Assembly: GCA_965218435.1 (NCBI GenBank)
Contig: CBDCKW010000005.1
Coordinates: 576,001-640,000, forward strand
Source of the DNA: Truepera sp.
GTDB taxonomy: Bacteria > Deinococcota > Deinococci > Deinococcales > Trueperaceae
DNA: 64,000 nt
Reading direction: 5' to 3'
A model generated the notes under the pieces. That model saw only the letters and a program-made list of their open reading frames with translations, was not told where the DNA came from and did no database searches. Position 1 is the first letter of the stretch, and every line of letters begins with the position of its first letter. Made by a program: the position numbers and the translations under genes. Below are positions 38,541-48,776 of this stretch, in pieces.

Positions 38541-39013
38541 GGTTGGTTTTGCCCGTTTTTTACGAAGAGGCTGCTGACAACCCTTAGATGATTGACATGG
38601 TAGATAAAGTCGGATCCACTGCTTTTGCAGTGCTCGAACTGTGTAACCTGAGGTGTAACACATTTACTCAAGGAGTCCCGAAGACACTTAACGTAAAGCA
38701 AGCACCATTTCTAATTGAAGGCGGGAAGCCGAAAACTATCACTCTGAGTCTTGACAAAGTGCTACTGGACCTTTGTATGAGACGCCCCGATGAACAGGTA
38801 GTCAAAAATGGGCAGCAAGGGCATGGACATGCCCGTTTTCGGGTGCTAGCCTCCATAAATCAAGCTGTAGGCGCTAACCCGCTCCTCTCAGGCACCGAGT
38901 TGACAAGCAACTAAAGAGCCATACCCGGATTTGTCTAGAAAGTGATGTTCCGACCTAGCTATATTTCTGCTCGACTTGCAGGGCCTACCAAAGTTTGGTT
39001 GAAGGAGCTATTC

Positions 39014-40123
39014 GTGGCTAGACTGTGGAAAGACTACACTCGGAAAGAACTTTTGCAGCGGCTGGGTCGGCTCGAGCAGCTCGGTGGGGTACGCCTTGTA
39101 ACTCTTGGTGACGGAGCAGAGCACGGTGTGCGCGTGCTCGAGTTTCGCACTGGCAGCGGGTTTAACTTCGATATACTCGTTGACCGTGCGTTTGACGTTG
39201 GGCGCTGCTCTTTTCAAGAGTGGCCACTCGCCTGGGAATCGCCCGTTGGCTTCACGGGGCCGTGGTTCTACGAACCGCAAGGGTTAGGCTTTCTGCGCTC
39301 TTTCGGCGGGGGTCTGTTGACGACCGGCGGCCTCGACCACACGCTTTTTCCGACCAACGATACCGCCGAACCGTACCACTATCCTCCAAAAACGACGGAA
39401 CATTACGGGCTACATGGGCGCGTCTCTAACCGTCCGGCGCGTCTGACAGGCTACGGTGAACGCTGGGAGGGCGACGAGTGCCTCCTCTGGGCTGAGGGCG
39501 AAGTATGTCAAGCATCCGCGTTAGGCGAAAATCTGCGGCTAACGCGGCGCATCGAAACCTACCTCGGGACGTCAAGCCTAAGAATTTACGATGAGGTTGA
39601 GAATATTGGCTACCACCCGACGCCGCACATGCTTCTCTACCACGTCAACCTTGGCTTTCCAATCGTAGATGAAGGGGCGGAAGTGCTCCTACCCGCCGAG
39701 CAGGTTTACCCTCGTGGAGACTATCCTAGCGACAATTTTTCTACCCTTACCTCACCCACGCCCGACTTCGAGGAGCGGGTGTTCGAATACCAGCCGGTAC
39801 CGGAAAAAGACGGGGCGGTGCCTGTCGCCATCCTCAACCGGAAGCGTGAGCTCGGCTTCTACCAGGTTTTTCAACTCAAACAGCTACCGCACCCCTTCGT
39901 CTGGCAGATGCTCGGTGAAGGGCACTATGTCGTGGCGCTCGAGCCCAGCACCAACCGAGTAGTGGGCAGGCACGACGCTAGAGAACAGGGCGAGCTGATC
40001 CAACTGGAGCCGGGTGAGGTGAGGCACTACGACTTAGAACTAGGTGTGCTCGCAGGGTCAGACGCGCTTGAAGCCTTTGCAGAGCGGGTGACCGGACTCC
40101 GCAACGCTAAGGAAAAGGCGTGA
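39014..40123 (+). CDS. Aldose 1-epimerase-like protein (DUF4432)
   Basis: G.E.GVR.L..RTGSG...DR..D, FGGGLLTTGGL, LHGR, YHVNLG.P, LEP; GAAGGAG RBS plus GTG. Confidence 0.8.
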   Translation: MARLWKDYTRKELLQRLGRLEQLGGVRLVTLGDGAEHGVRVLEFRTGSGFNFDILVDRAFDVGRCSFQEWPLAWESPVGFTGPWFYEPQGLGFLRSFGGGLLTTGGLDHTLFPTNDTAEPYHYPPKTTEHYGLHGRVSNRPARLTGYGERWEGDECLLWAEGEVCQASALGENLRLTRRIETYLGTSSLRIYDEVENIGYHPTPHMLLYHVNLGFPIVDEGAEVLLPAEQVYPRGDYPSDNFSTLTSPTPDFEERVFEYQPVPEKDGAVPVAILNRKRELGFYQVFQLKQLPHPFVWQMLGEGHYVVALEPSTNRVVGRHDAREQGELIQLEPGEVRHYDLELGVLAGSDALEAFAERVTGLRNAKEKA

Positions 40124-42291
40124 CGAACGCGGACATCCTATTGGGTCAACTGGCCAACGGTGCCTCGGTGTGCGCTGTTCTCGGAGTTGAAGGCTGGGGT
40201 CTTAACGTCCACGCGCCCGGGTGCGCGTCTGCCCACCAGGATCGGCCGGTGTGCGCTGAAGTCTGGGACGGAAAGCAAGTCAAGGCGTACCACCGTGGCT
40301 ACGATACCGTGGTACGTGAAGCTGAGGGTTTCGTCGGACGGTCTCGGCTCGTCCTTACAGACAGCGCTAGCGCTACACTAATAGTAGAAGACTACTGGTC
40401 GGTGCCGGGCGACACCCTACAAATGGCGCGAACTGTCCGGGTAGAGGGGGCCGCCTCGGGAGGGTTTCTTACAAGCATTACGCTCGAGCTCAACTTGCCC
40501 CTCACCTGGCTAGATGTGGACGCTTTTGCCCCTGGAATGATCTACGGCAGTGAAAACATCGCGCCACACGCCATCGGCAGCGTTTCTCACTATCTTACCG
40601 GCGTGCGCAGTGTACGCATTCGTGAGGACCGTCTGCCAGCCCCGTTGCTGGGGCTGGCGCTTCGTGACGGCACCTCGGTCGCCGTTCTCAACCCCACGCC
40701 TCGTGGCAACACGACCCGAGAAGATAGTCGTGACTTAGAAGGCACCCCACTCGTGGATGCACGCTTTACGTTTGCGGCTCTAGGTAGTAGCGAGCGGGAC
40801 GGACATCTAGAGGTGGGTCTTTACTTCCCCGGCACCGAGGGGGAGATCACCTATCTGGCTGATACCCCTTTTGCAGGGGGGCAGTTTGGTGACAATCAGC
40901 GGCGGCGGTGGCGGGGACGCTACCACCCTTTTCAAGACGGCTTCGAGCAACGTTACGCAGCAGCCTTCCGGTTCGGGAGTTGCGAACGCGATCAAACCTT
41001 CCGCCGAAACGCCTGGCATTGGGCGTGGTCGGCGCTCGAACCTAGAGTCGCCAAGCAAGACCTTGCGGCCACACGAGAGGCGCTAGGAGACATGCTAGAA
41101 GCTTCTATCCAGCAGGTTGATAACCGGGCCGGGCCCACCCACGTGGTCGATTCGGTAAGTGGCGCGGTACAACCGTCTCCTGTGCTGATGGGGTTTACGG
41201 GACGCGCGGTAGAAACGGGTGAATTGCTGCTGCGTTCCGCTAGCGACCTGAGTGGTCAAGCCGCTGTGCAGCGGCGTGCGCGGGCGCTTTCCGTACTCGA
41301 GACCTTTGCACGCCTGCCCGTCACGCCCCCTCAAGCCGAGGGCCTCGACCTGCATGGTGGGCAGCTCAGCAGCGGCGTGCGCCCGGATTTTTACGTGCGG
41401 GCGCTCGCAGAAGGTGGCAAGTTCATGCTGCGCGCGTATGAACGGGAGTTGGCAAAAGGCGAGGCGCACCCCCACTGGCTAACTTGGTGCGTGCAGCTCG
41501 CTGACTGGCTGCTGACTCAAGAGCTGCCGGCTGGAGGTTTTCCACGCGCCTGGCGCGACCTCACGGCGGAGGTTGTCGCGGACGACCCACGCTCGAGCAA
41601 CGCGGTCGTACCCTTTTTCGTGCCACTCGCCCATGTGACTGGAAAGGAAATCTATCTACAGGCAGCGTTGCGTGCAGCGGAGCTGTGCTGGGCCTTAGGG
41701 GGCAGTCGTGGCGGTTTCGTGGGTGGCACACTCGACAACGCCAACGTGGTGGACAAAGAAGCGGGTACCTTGGCGCTCGAGGCGTACCTCGCGCTTTACG
41801 ACGCAACTTCCGATTCCCGTTGGCTTGTGCGGGCCGAAGACGCAGCGGATTTCGCCGAGACCTGGATTTACCTTTGGAACGTGCCGATGCCGGCGGATGA
41901 GGCAGACGCAGACCTGCACTGGAAGCAGGGCGTCACCACGGTCGGTGCACAACTTATTGCCACCGGGCACTCCCTTACGGACACCTATATGACCTGGGAT
42001 GTAGCGAACTATGCCAAACTCGCACGGCTGACGGGCGACCCGCATTATTTCGAGGTAGCAAAGCTGCTTTTTCATAACACCAAAGTCATGCTGGCCTTGC
42101 CGGGACGCCCCTTTGATCTCGTCGGCCCCGGCTGGCAGCAAGAGCACTGGAGCTTCGCTCCGCCGCGTGGTCGGGGCATCCACCGCTTCTGGTTGCCTTG
42201 GGTTACGTGCAGTCACCTAGAGGGACTCTATAGTCTCGAGGATTTTGATCCCCAACTCTATTATGAGCTGGCCAGGCCAGTGGAACGTTAA
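40120..42291 (+). CDS. 723-aa hypothetical protein, possible beta-sandwich + (alpha/alpha)6 glycosidase-like
   Basis: Long ORF coupled in the operon; helical repeats with YLQAA..AA, DKEAG, WL..AE.AADFAETW, QEHW. Fold is inferred. Confidence 0.65.
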   Translation: MTNADILLGQLANGASVCAVLGVEGWGLNVHAPGCASAHQDRPVCAEVWDGKQVKAYHRGYDTVVREAEGFVGRSRLVLTDSASATLIVEDYWSVPGDTLQMARTVRVEGAASGGFLTSITLELNLPLTWLDVDAFAPGMIYGSENIAPHAIGSVSHYLTGVRSVRIREDRLPAPLLGLALRDGTSVAVLNPTPRGNTTREDSRDLEGTPLVDARFTFAALGSSERDGHLEVGLYFPGTEGEITYLADTPFAGGQFGDNQRRRWRGRYHPFQDGFEQRYAAAFRFGSCERDQTFRRNAWHWAWSALEPRVAKQDLAATREALGDMLEASIQQVDNRAGPTHVVDSVSGAVQPSPVLMGFTGRAVETGELLLRSASDLSGQAAVQRRARALSVLETFARLPVTPPQAEGLDLHGGQLSSGVRPDFYVRALAEGGKFMLRAYERELAKGEAHPHWLTWCVQLADWLLTQELPAGGFPRAWRDLTAEVVADDPRSSNAVVPFFVPLAHVTGKEIYLQAALRAAELCWALGGSRGGFVGGTLDNANVVDKEAGTLALEAYLALYDATSDSRWLVRAEDAADFAETWIYLWNVPMPADEADADLHWKQGVTTVGAQLIATGHSLTDTYMTWDVANYAKLARLTGDPHYFEVAKLLFHNTKVMLALPGRPFDLVGPGWQQEHWSFAPPRGRGIHRFWLPWVTCSHLEGLYSLEDFDPQLYYELARPVER

Positions 42292-42296
42292 GGGTT

Positions 42297-43799
42297 ATGT
42301 CTGAACTTCTGCTAGGTATCGACGTCGGCACCACGAACGTCAAGGCGGTGCTAACGACGCCCACAGGGCGAGTTATCGCTCAGGCACAGAACGCCTATCC
42401 TACCCAGCACCCACGCCCCGGTTGGGCCGAGCAGAACCCACAAGCTTGGTGGAAGGGGCTCGTCGGAGCGGTCCGCGAGGTGCTAGCGACGTCGGCCGCG
42501 CGCCCTGAAAGGGTTACCGGCATCGGCGTAAGCGGTCAGGGGTGCGCGGTGACTCTGATCGACCAAAACGGCGAGGTCTTAAGACCCGCCATCATCTGGA
42601 TGGATAGCCGCGCCGAAAGGCAGTGTGAAACTCTGCGGGCATGTTATGCCGAAAAAATCTTGCGACGTAACGGAAAAAGCCCCGCTCCCTATAACGCCGA
42701 TCCCGTGCTCATGTGGTTGCGAAAGCACGAGCCGGAAATTCTAGACCGAGCAGCTTGCAGCCTTACCACAACTGGCTATATCAACTTCCGGCTGACGGGC
42801 GAGCCCGTGCTAAATGTCTCGGATGCCAGCATCCTCTTTGCCTTTGATCTCGAAACCGGAAACTGGTCCAACGACCTCATCGAGGCGTTCGGCCTTCCAA
42901 AACACTTGTACCCACCTGTAGCCCAAAGTCGAGAGGTGATCGGGCAACTCAGTGACAAGGTTGCTGCAGAGTTAGGACTTCGTCCTGGTACCAAGGTCGT
43001 GGCAGGGGGTGAGGACACCTCTTCGGCGGGGCTAGCGGTTGGCGTGATACGTCCAGGACAGGTGCTGCTGTCACTTGGCACCGCCGGAACCCTCTATGCG
43101 GTTCAAGATCGCATGACCGTCCACCCAGACCTTCTTACCTTTTTGCATGTACTAGAGGGTCAGTTTCTGATGGGCGGCTCGGTAGCGGCAGTGGGGGCGG
43201 CACTAGCTTGGTGCTGCAACGCTTTTGGGGGCGGGCTCGAGCCCACCGCGCTCCTCAAGCTAGCTACAGAAAGTGAGGCTGGAGCGGGTGGCCTCGTCTT
43301 CTTGCCCTACCTTAGCGGCGAACTTCAGCCTATCAATGACGGCCACGCGCGCGGTGTTTTTGTGGGAATTTCTCCCTCTACCGAAACGAAGCAAGTGGTG
43401 CGGGCGGTGCTCGAGGGCACCGCCTTCGCGCTAGCACATAACCTAAGGGTGGCGACCCAGGCTGGAGCGTCGGCAATTGAGCTGCGCGCCGTCGGCGGTC
43501 CCACCCGCAGCTCGCTCTGGTGCCAGATCATAGCCGACGTAGCCAACAAGCCTTTAAACGTGCTTGGCGACAATCCGGGCGCACCTTTAGGTAACGCGCT
43601 GCTCGCCGCCGAGGGTGTGGGGCTTATCGACCATGCCGGACGTGTGGCGGAGGGGGCAGCTATGGTATCGCGCACCTTTGAACCGCGCGCCGAACTACGC
43701 GAGCGTTACGACGGGCTTTTCGAAATATACAAGAATCTTTACCCCAGCCTAAAAGGCACCTTCGCCGACCTCGCGGCGCTTTCGGGAGGGGACCGATGA
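42297..43799 (+). CDS. FGGY carbohydrate kinase (xylulokinase-like)
   Basis: GIDVGTT, GWAEQ, GVSGQ, WMD.R, LGTAG, FLPYLSGE, VGGP.RS.LW.QI.ADV. Confidence 0.92.
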   Translation: MSELLLGIDVGTTNVKAVLTTPTGRVIAQAQNAYPTQHPRPGWAEQNPQAWWKGLVGAVREVLATSAARPERVTGIGVSGQGCAVTLIDQNGEVLRPAIIWMDSRAERQCETLRACYAEKILRRNGKSPAPYNADPVLMWLRKHEPEILDRAACSLTTTGYINFRLTGEPVLNVSDASILFAFDLETGNWSNDLIEAFGLPKHLYPPVAQSREVIGQLSDKVAAELGLRPGTKVVAGGEDTSSAGLAVGVIRPGQVLLSLGTAGTLYAVQDRMTVHPDLLTFLHVLEGQFLMGGSVAAVGAALAWCCNAFGGGLEPTALLKLATESEAGAGGLVFLPYLSGELQPINDGHARGVFVGISPSTETKQVVRAVLEGTAFALAHNLRVATQAGASAIELRAVGGPTRSSLWCQIIADVANKPLNVLGDNPGAPLGNALLAAEGVGLIDHAGRVAEGAAMVSRTFEPRAELRERYDGLFEIYKNLYPSLKGTFADLAALSGGDR

Positions 43800-44563
43800 G
43801 GCTTAAAAACAAAATCGCCCTGATTACCGGCGCAGGGCGGGGTATCGGGCGCGCTTGTGCGGAGGCGTTTGCTTGCGAGGGTGCACAGGTAGTGATTGCT
43901 GAGCTCGAGCCCGGTCTTGGTCAGGAGGTGACGCGCAGCATCCGTGAGGCGGGGGGTGAGGCGTGCTTTATCAAGGTAGATGTAGCTGTGCCCGAAGAGG
44001 TTGAGGCGGTGGTCCGTGAAACCGTTGAAATGTATGGAGGGCTCGACGTGCTCGTCAGTAACGCGGGCATCGGCGGGCGGCGTCTGGGCGACGGGCCAGT
44101 TCATGAATGCACTGTCGAAGCCTGGGACCGCGTGCTCGAGGTGAATTTACGCGGCACCTTTTTAAGTTGCAAATACGCGCTTCCTGAACTGCTCAAACGG
44201 CGGGGCAACATCGTTACCCTCTCGAGCGTGCTGGGTCTGGTCGGCACCCAAGGGCTCTACGATACCCACGCCTACGCCACGAGCAAGGCGGGCATCATCG
44301 GGCTGACGCGGGCGATGGCCGCGCACTACGCCAGAGAAGGCGTCCGCGCGAACGTCATTGCGCCGGGGCTTATCGACACGGCGATGGCAGGGCGAACAAA
44401 AGATGAGGCGGAGCGTCTCGAGCAGGTCGCCTTCTGGCAGCCTTTAGGGCCTTTGGGAGAAGTGGATGATGTAGCAGAGACAGCCGTGTTTCTCGCCAGT
44501 AATGAGGCTAAATTCATTACCGGGGCCGTCATCCCCGTTGACGGCGGCTGGACCGCGCAGTGA
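43796..44563 (+). CDS. Short-chain dehydrogenase/reductase
   Basis: TGAGRGIG, SNAG, YATSK, IAPG. Confidence 0.92.
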   Translation: MRLKNKIALITGAGRGIGRACAEAFACEGAQVVIAELEPGLGQEVTRSIREAGGEACFIKVDVAVPEEVEAVVRETVEMYGGLDVLVSNAGIGGRRLGDGPVHECTVEAWDRVLEVNLRGTFLSCKYALPELLKRRGNIVTLSSVLGLVGTQGLYDTHAYATSKAGIIGLTRAMAAHYAREGVRANVIAPGLIDTAMAGRTKDEAERLEQVAFWQPLGPLGEVDDVAETAVFLASNEAKFITGAVIPVDGGWTAQ

Positions 44564-44610
44564 TAGTTAGAAACGGGACAAGCGAGCGTAAAGCTGAGAA
44601 AGAGGGGAAG

Positions 44611-45948
44611 ATGGACGTATACACAAAAGAATTACCACTACTCTGGGACGCGGACGTCATTGTCGTGGGCTCGGGCTCAGCTGGGTCCGCGGCTGCTATC
44701 GCCGCGGCGCGTAACGGTGCCGATACGGTGCTGGTTGAACGCTTCGGCTTCCTGGGTGGGACCAGCACGCAGGTTTTGGACACCTTTTACGGCTTTTACA
44801 CCCCCGGCTCAGTGGCCTACAAGGTTGTGGGCGGCGTGCCCGACGACGTGGTGGGGGCGCTCAAAAAGCATAACGCCGCTTTCGAGCGGCCCAACACCTA
44901 CGGCGCGGGCACCGGCGTCACCTACGACCCCCTCATCCTCAAGGTGGTCTGGGAGAGGCTCGCGCAAGAGGCCGGGGTGCGGCTCCTCTACCACTCCTTT
45001 TGCACCGACGTGCTGGTGGAGGACGGCGCGATAACGGGCGTGATCGTGGACGGCAAGCGCGGGCTGATGAAGCTCACGGCGAGGGTCGTCATCGACTGTA
45101 CCGGCGACGCGGATGTGTGTGACCGGGCGGGAGCGCCCTTCGAGCGCGCGGGCGATATTGACCCGGCACAAACGCTGAGCACGACCTTCAGGATGATTAA
45201 CGTAGACATTGACGCGGCGCAAGCCTTTGGTAAAAAGTCGATGTGGGCCAAGATGGAGGAGGCGATGATAAGCGGCAACTACCGGTTGCCGCGCAAAGAA
45301 GGAAGTTGGCACATCACCACGCAGGCCGGGGTGGTCCACACCATCATGACGCGTGTGGCCGAGGTGGACGCCACCGACCCGGTTGAGCTGACGCGGGCCG
45401 AAATCACCGGGCGAGAACAGGCACTAGAGTATGCGCGCTTCCTCAAGGACTACGTGCCGGGCTATGAAGACGCCGCGCTCTCCTGGCTCTCGGACCCCAT
45501 CGGCGTGCGCGAGACGCGGCGGGTTTATGGGCGTTACCGCCTGACGCGCGAGGACTGTTTGGAGGCGCGCAAGTTTGACGACGCCATCGGCGCGTGCGGC
45601 GCGCCCATCGAGGACCACCATTCCGGCTCGGATACGAACTGGCACTACCTACCCGACGGCTTGACCTACGACATCCCCTACCGGACGCTCCTTCCTAAAA
45701 AAGTCGAAGGGCTCTTGGTCGCGGGCCGCTGCTTTAGCGCCACCCACGACGCCCACGCCTCGTGCCGCTCGATGGCGCAGACGATGACGATGGGGCAGGC
45801 CGCGGGCACGGCGGCGGCTTTGGCGGTCAAGAGTGACGTGAGGCCCGCTGAGGTGGACGTTCCCAAACTTCAGGAGCGGCTGCTCGAGATAGGTGCCAAG
45901 TTCGGCGAGATTGAGGTTGACGCGCCTCTGGTACTGGAAGAGGCCTAA
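44611..45948 (+). CDS. FAD-dependent oxidoreductase
   Basis: VVGSGSAG..AAIAAAR.G...LVER..FLGG, IDCTGDAD, GVRETRR, YDIPYR.L, VAGRC.S, GQAAGTAA. Confidence 0.88.
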   Translation: MDVYTKELPLLWDADVIVVGSGSAGSAAAIAAARNGADTVLVERFGFLGGTSTQVLDTFYGFYTPGSVAYKVVGGVPDDVVGALKKHNAAFERPNTYGAGTGVTYDPLILKVVWERLAQEAGVRLLYHSFCTDVLVEDGAITGVIVDGKRGLMKLTARVVIDCTGDADVCDRAGAPFERAGDIDPAQTLSTTFRMINVDIDAAQAFGKKSMWAKMEEAMISGNYRLPRKEGSWHITTQAGVVHTIMTRVAEVDATDPVELTRAEITGREQALEYARFLKDYVPGYEDAALSWLSDPIGVRETRRVYGRYRLTREDCLEARKFDDAIGACGAPIEDHHSGSDTNWHYLPDGLTYDIPYRTLLPKKVEGLLVAGRCFSATHDAHASCRSMAQTMTMGQAAGTAAALAVKSDVRPAEVDVPKLQERLLEIGAKFGEIEVDAPLVLEEA

Positions 45949-45950
45949 AG

Positions 45951-46949
45951 GTGCCTGTAGAGACGACGCTGGGGGCGCTCGAGCCCCACACTTTAGGTGT
46001 CATCAACGCGCACGAGCACCTCATCATCGACGGCGGCTACACCGTGCTCAAGGAGCCCGACTTTCGGCTCGACAGCGTGCCCAAGGCGGTAGAAGAACTC
46101 ATCCGTTGGCGCGACGCGGGGGGCGGGGCGATTGTAGACACTATGCCCTTCGGGAGCGGGCGCAACGTTCGCAAGCTTATCCAGATAAGCCAGGCGACGG
46201 GCGTGCCCATCGTGGTGCCCACGGGCTTCCAGAAAAGTTCTTACTACCTGCCCGACCACTGGCAGCACCGCTACGACGAGGAGGCGATTGCCGAGCTTTT
46301 GATTGCCGAATGTCGAGACGGGGTAGACGAAAACAACTATGACGGCCCGGTGGTGACGCGGAGCCCCGTCAAAACTGGCCTCATTAAAGTTGCGGGAGAT
46401 TACCAGTTCGTCAGCGAGACCACCCGCAAACTCATCCGCGCCGCCGGGCGCGCACACGGGGCGACGGGGGTACCCATCCTCGTCCATACCGAAATGGGCA
46501 CGGCGGGGCATGAGCTTCTTGACTTACTTGAGGCCGCGGGCGTCCCCCCACAACGCGTCATGCTCTGCCACGTAGACCGCAACCCGGACCTTAAAGTTCA
46601 CAAGGAACTGGCTGAACGAGGCGCGTTTTTGGAGTACGACACACCTGGCCGCATCAAATATCAACCTGAAACGGTTGTGATAAACCTTATGCGCGACATG
46701 TTCGAGGCGGGTTACGGCGGCAACCTGCTCCTTGGTGGCGATATGGCGCGGCGCTCCTACTGGACGGCCTACGGCGGAGGGCCGGGACTCGAGTACCTGC
46801 TTACCACCTTTACCCCCCGGCTGCGGGCGGAAGGGTTTTCAGAAGAAAAACTCACCCTTGTGTGGCGTGACAACCCGGCGCGCTGGCTTACCGGCTCCGC
46901 TGCCGGGAACGCGTCCGAAAGAAAGCTGCAAGAGAAAGCGGTGCGTTGA
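45951..46949 (+). CDS. Phosphotriesterase-family amidohydrolase (possible lactonase)
   Basis: HEHL, VPTGF, IK, VHTE.G, CHVD, GGD metal-ligand set. Confidence 0.88.
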   Translation: MPVETTLGALEPHTLGVINAHEHLIIDGGYTVLKEPDFRLDSVPKAVEELIRWRDAGGGAIVDTMPFGSGRNVRKLIQISQATGVPIVVPTGFQKSSYYLPDHWQHRYDEEAIAELLIAECRDGVDENNYDGPVVTRSPVKTGLIKVAGDYQFVSETTRKLIRAAGRAHGATGVPILVHTEMGTAGHELLDLLEAAGVPPQRVMLCHVDRNPDLKVHKELAERGAFLEYDTPGRIKYQPETVVINLMRDMFEAGYGGNLLLGGDMARRSYWTAYGGGPGLEYLLTTFTPRLRAEGFSEEKLTLVWRDNPARWLTGSAAGNASERKLQEKAVR

Positions 46950-46986
46950 GCGTGCTCGAGCCTCCCCAATCAGCAAAGGATTACCA

Positions 46987-47799
46987 ATGGACTTGACCTT
47001 CCCCCACCACCTCGACCGCATCAAAGAAGGCGTACTTGCCCAAAAGGAAACGCTTCAAAAGGTCGCCGCCGCTTTTGCCGACGCTATTGAAGACGGCGGT
47101 TTAGTCCACGTCTACGCCAACGGCCACTCGCGCGTGGCGGTTGAGGAGTGGGTGGTACGGATGGGCGCGCTTACCGGCTTTCACCCTATCCTTACTTCGG
47201 GTCTTGTAACTTTTACTGATGTAGTGGGGCCCAACGGCATACGTCTTAACCAAACGGTCGAGAAGGTTGAAGGTTTGGGGGCTAAGCTACTAGACGAGTT
47301 TGACGTAGGTCCCCGCGACGCCTTTGTGGCGGTGTCGGCCACGGGCACGACCGTGGCAGCGGTAGACGTCGCGTTAGAGTTCAACCGCCGCTACCCTGAG
47401 CATCCTCTTGTCGCCGTCACCTCAGAGATTCAGGCTAGGGACGCTCCACCCAAACACAGCTCCGGCAAAAATCTCTACCACGTCGTCCGCGAGGCCAAGC
47501 GCGGCTTCTTGCTCGATAACTGTATGCCGCTGGGCGACGTGTCGGTCACGGTTGAAGGTCAGGAGGCAACGTATCAGGTTTGCCCTTTATCTAACATCGG
47601 CGCGCTGACGCTCGTGCAGTCATTAAACGAACTCACGCTACGCGAGCTTGACCGGCGCGGGGTAAAGCATCACGTGCTACAAAACATGCACCTGCACGAT
47701 ACCGAGGATACTTATGACACTTGGCTACGCGACCAGCGCAAGAGATACTCGAGGGCACTTCATTATCCTCAGCGGGTAATGCCAAAAGGTAAGGAGTAA
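46987..47799 (+). CDS. SIS-domain sugar isomerase-like protein
   Basis: GGLVHVYANGHS....EE...R.G...F.PI, VSATG, DNC.P.GD; AAAGGA RBS. Confidence 0.8.
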   Translation: MDLTFPHHLDRIKEGVLAQKETLQKVAAAFADAIEDGGLVHVYANGHSRVAVEEWVVRMGALTGFHPILTSGLVTFTDVVGPNGIRLNQTVEKVEGLGAKLLDEFDVGPRDAFVAVSATGTTVAAVDVALEFNRRYPEHPLVAVTSEIQARDAPPKHSSGKNLYHVVREAKRGFLLDNCMPLGDVSVTVEGQEATYQVCPLSNIGALTLVQSLNELTLRELDRRGVKHHVLQNMHLHDTEDTYDTWLRDQRKRYSRALHYPQRVMPKGKE

Positions 47800-47825
47800 C
47801 TGTCCGAGCTTGAGTTTTCGGCTTT

Positions 47826-48623
47826 TCAGCTCACCACAAGCTCAACCTTTTTTAAGCTGAGTGCCTTGGCTAAATTTGGCATGGGAGGTTTGTCTGTCAC
47901 AATAACATCAATGTCCTCGAGCCGCGCTAGATAAGCGAAACTCACCTTCTCAAACTTGCTGCTGTCTAAGACGATAATAACGACGCTCGAGTGTTCGATC
48001 ATAAGTTCTAAGGTAACGGCGTTGAGCTGATTGTTGACAGTCAGCCCTTCCTTTTCTGAAAGGCCACTGACACCGATTACAGCAACGTCGAAAAAATAAG
48101 TCCGCAGCGCCCGTTCGGTAACAGGTCCGACCAGTGTAAAGTAATCTCCGTGAACATCCCCTCCAGTACAGGTCACCTGCATACGCGGCACTTGAGCAAG
48201 TTGCTGAGCGATATCGAGGGCGTTCGTTACAATGCTGTAGGAGCGGTTAAAGCTTTGTAACGCCTTGGCCACCTGAAAAGTTGTCGTGCCAGCACCGAGC
48301 ACGACTTGTTTGTAAGGCTCAAGTAAGCGCGCAGCGGCCACACCTATCGCTTGCTTTGCTCGAAAGGTGTATTCGTCACTTTTTAGCTGCTCCGGCGGTA
48401 AAAAAAATTCTCTATTTGGCGAATCGCTTAGTCGTACCCCCCCATGGTAACGCTCAATCACCCCAGCCTCTTCCAGCATTTTTAGGTCACGGCGTACCGT
48501 CCACTCAGATATCCTGAGCAGCGTAACTAAGTCGGTTATTGACAGCTCGTGACGGCGGTGGAGCAGGCGCACAAGGGTTTCTTGACGACTTAAGCTACGC
48601 GAGTTCGGCACAGTTGGTCTCAC
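47826..48623 (-). CDS. DeoR/GlpR family transcriptional regulator
   Basis: SEWTVRRDL..LE..G...R.HGG, GAGTT, VTNAL, DSSKF. Confidence 0.93.
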   Translation of the reverse strand: MRPTVPNSRSLSRQETLVRLLHRRHELSITDLVTLLRISEWTVRRDLKMLEEAGVIERYHGGVRLSDSPNREFFLPPEQLKSDEYTFRAKQAIGVAAARLLEPYKQVVLGAGTTTFQVAKALQSFNRSYSIVTNALDIAQQLAQVPRMQVTCTGGDVHGDYFTLVGPVTERALRTYFFDVAVIGVSGLSEKEGLTVNNQLNAVTLELMIEHSSVVIIVLDSSKFEKVSFAYLARLEDIDVIVTDKPPMPNLAKALSLKKVELVVS

Positions 48624-48776
48624 ATCCTGATAAAGGTAGTGTTATAACTCCTCCGGGGTGTAGCTAGTCAATGTCTTTAAGTGCAAAACTCTTTACCTTT
48701 GCTACCCTGTTCACTTAAAGATTTGTAGGTCATCATAAGGCCCTGTAGAGGGAACCGTAAATTATTACGGACAAGC

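Noticed and set aside
38588..38914. 108-aa ORF in the divergent intergenic region
   Set aside because: No RBS, atypical composition, overlaps promoter-like hexamers.
46732..46986. N-terminal extension of the SIS ORF
   Set aside because: Overlaps the PTE gene; the RBS supports ATG 46987.
48640..48672. MerR-type 19-bp-spacer promoter before deoR (TTGACT-N19-TATAAC)
   Set aside because: The -10 lacks the final T, the dyad is weak and no intact MerR is nearby.
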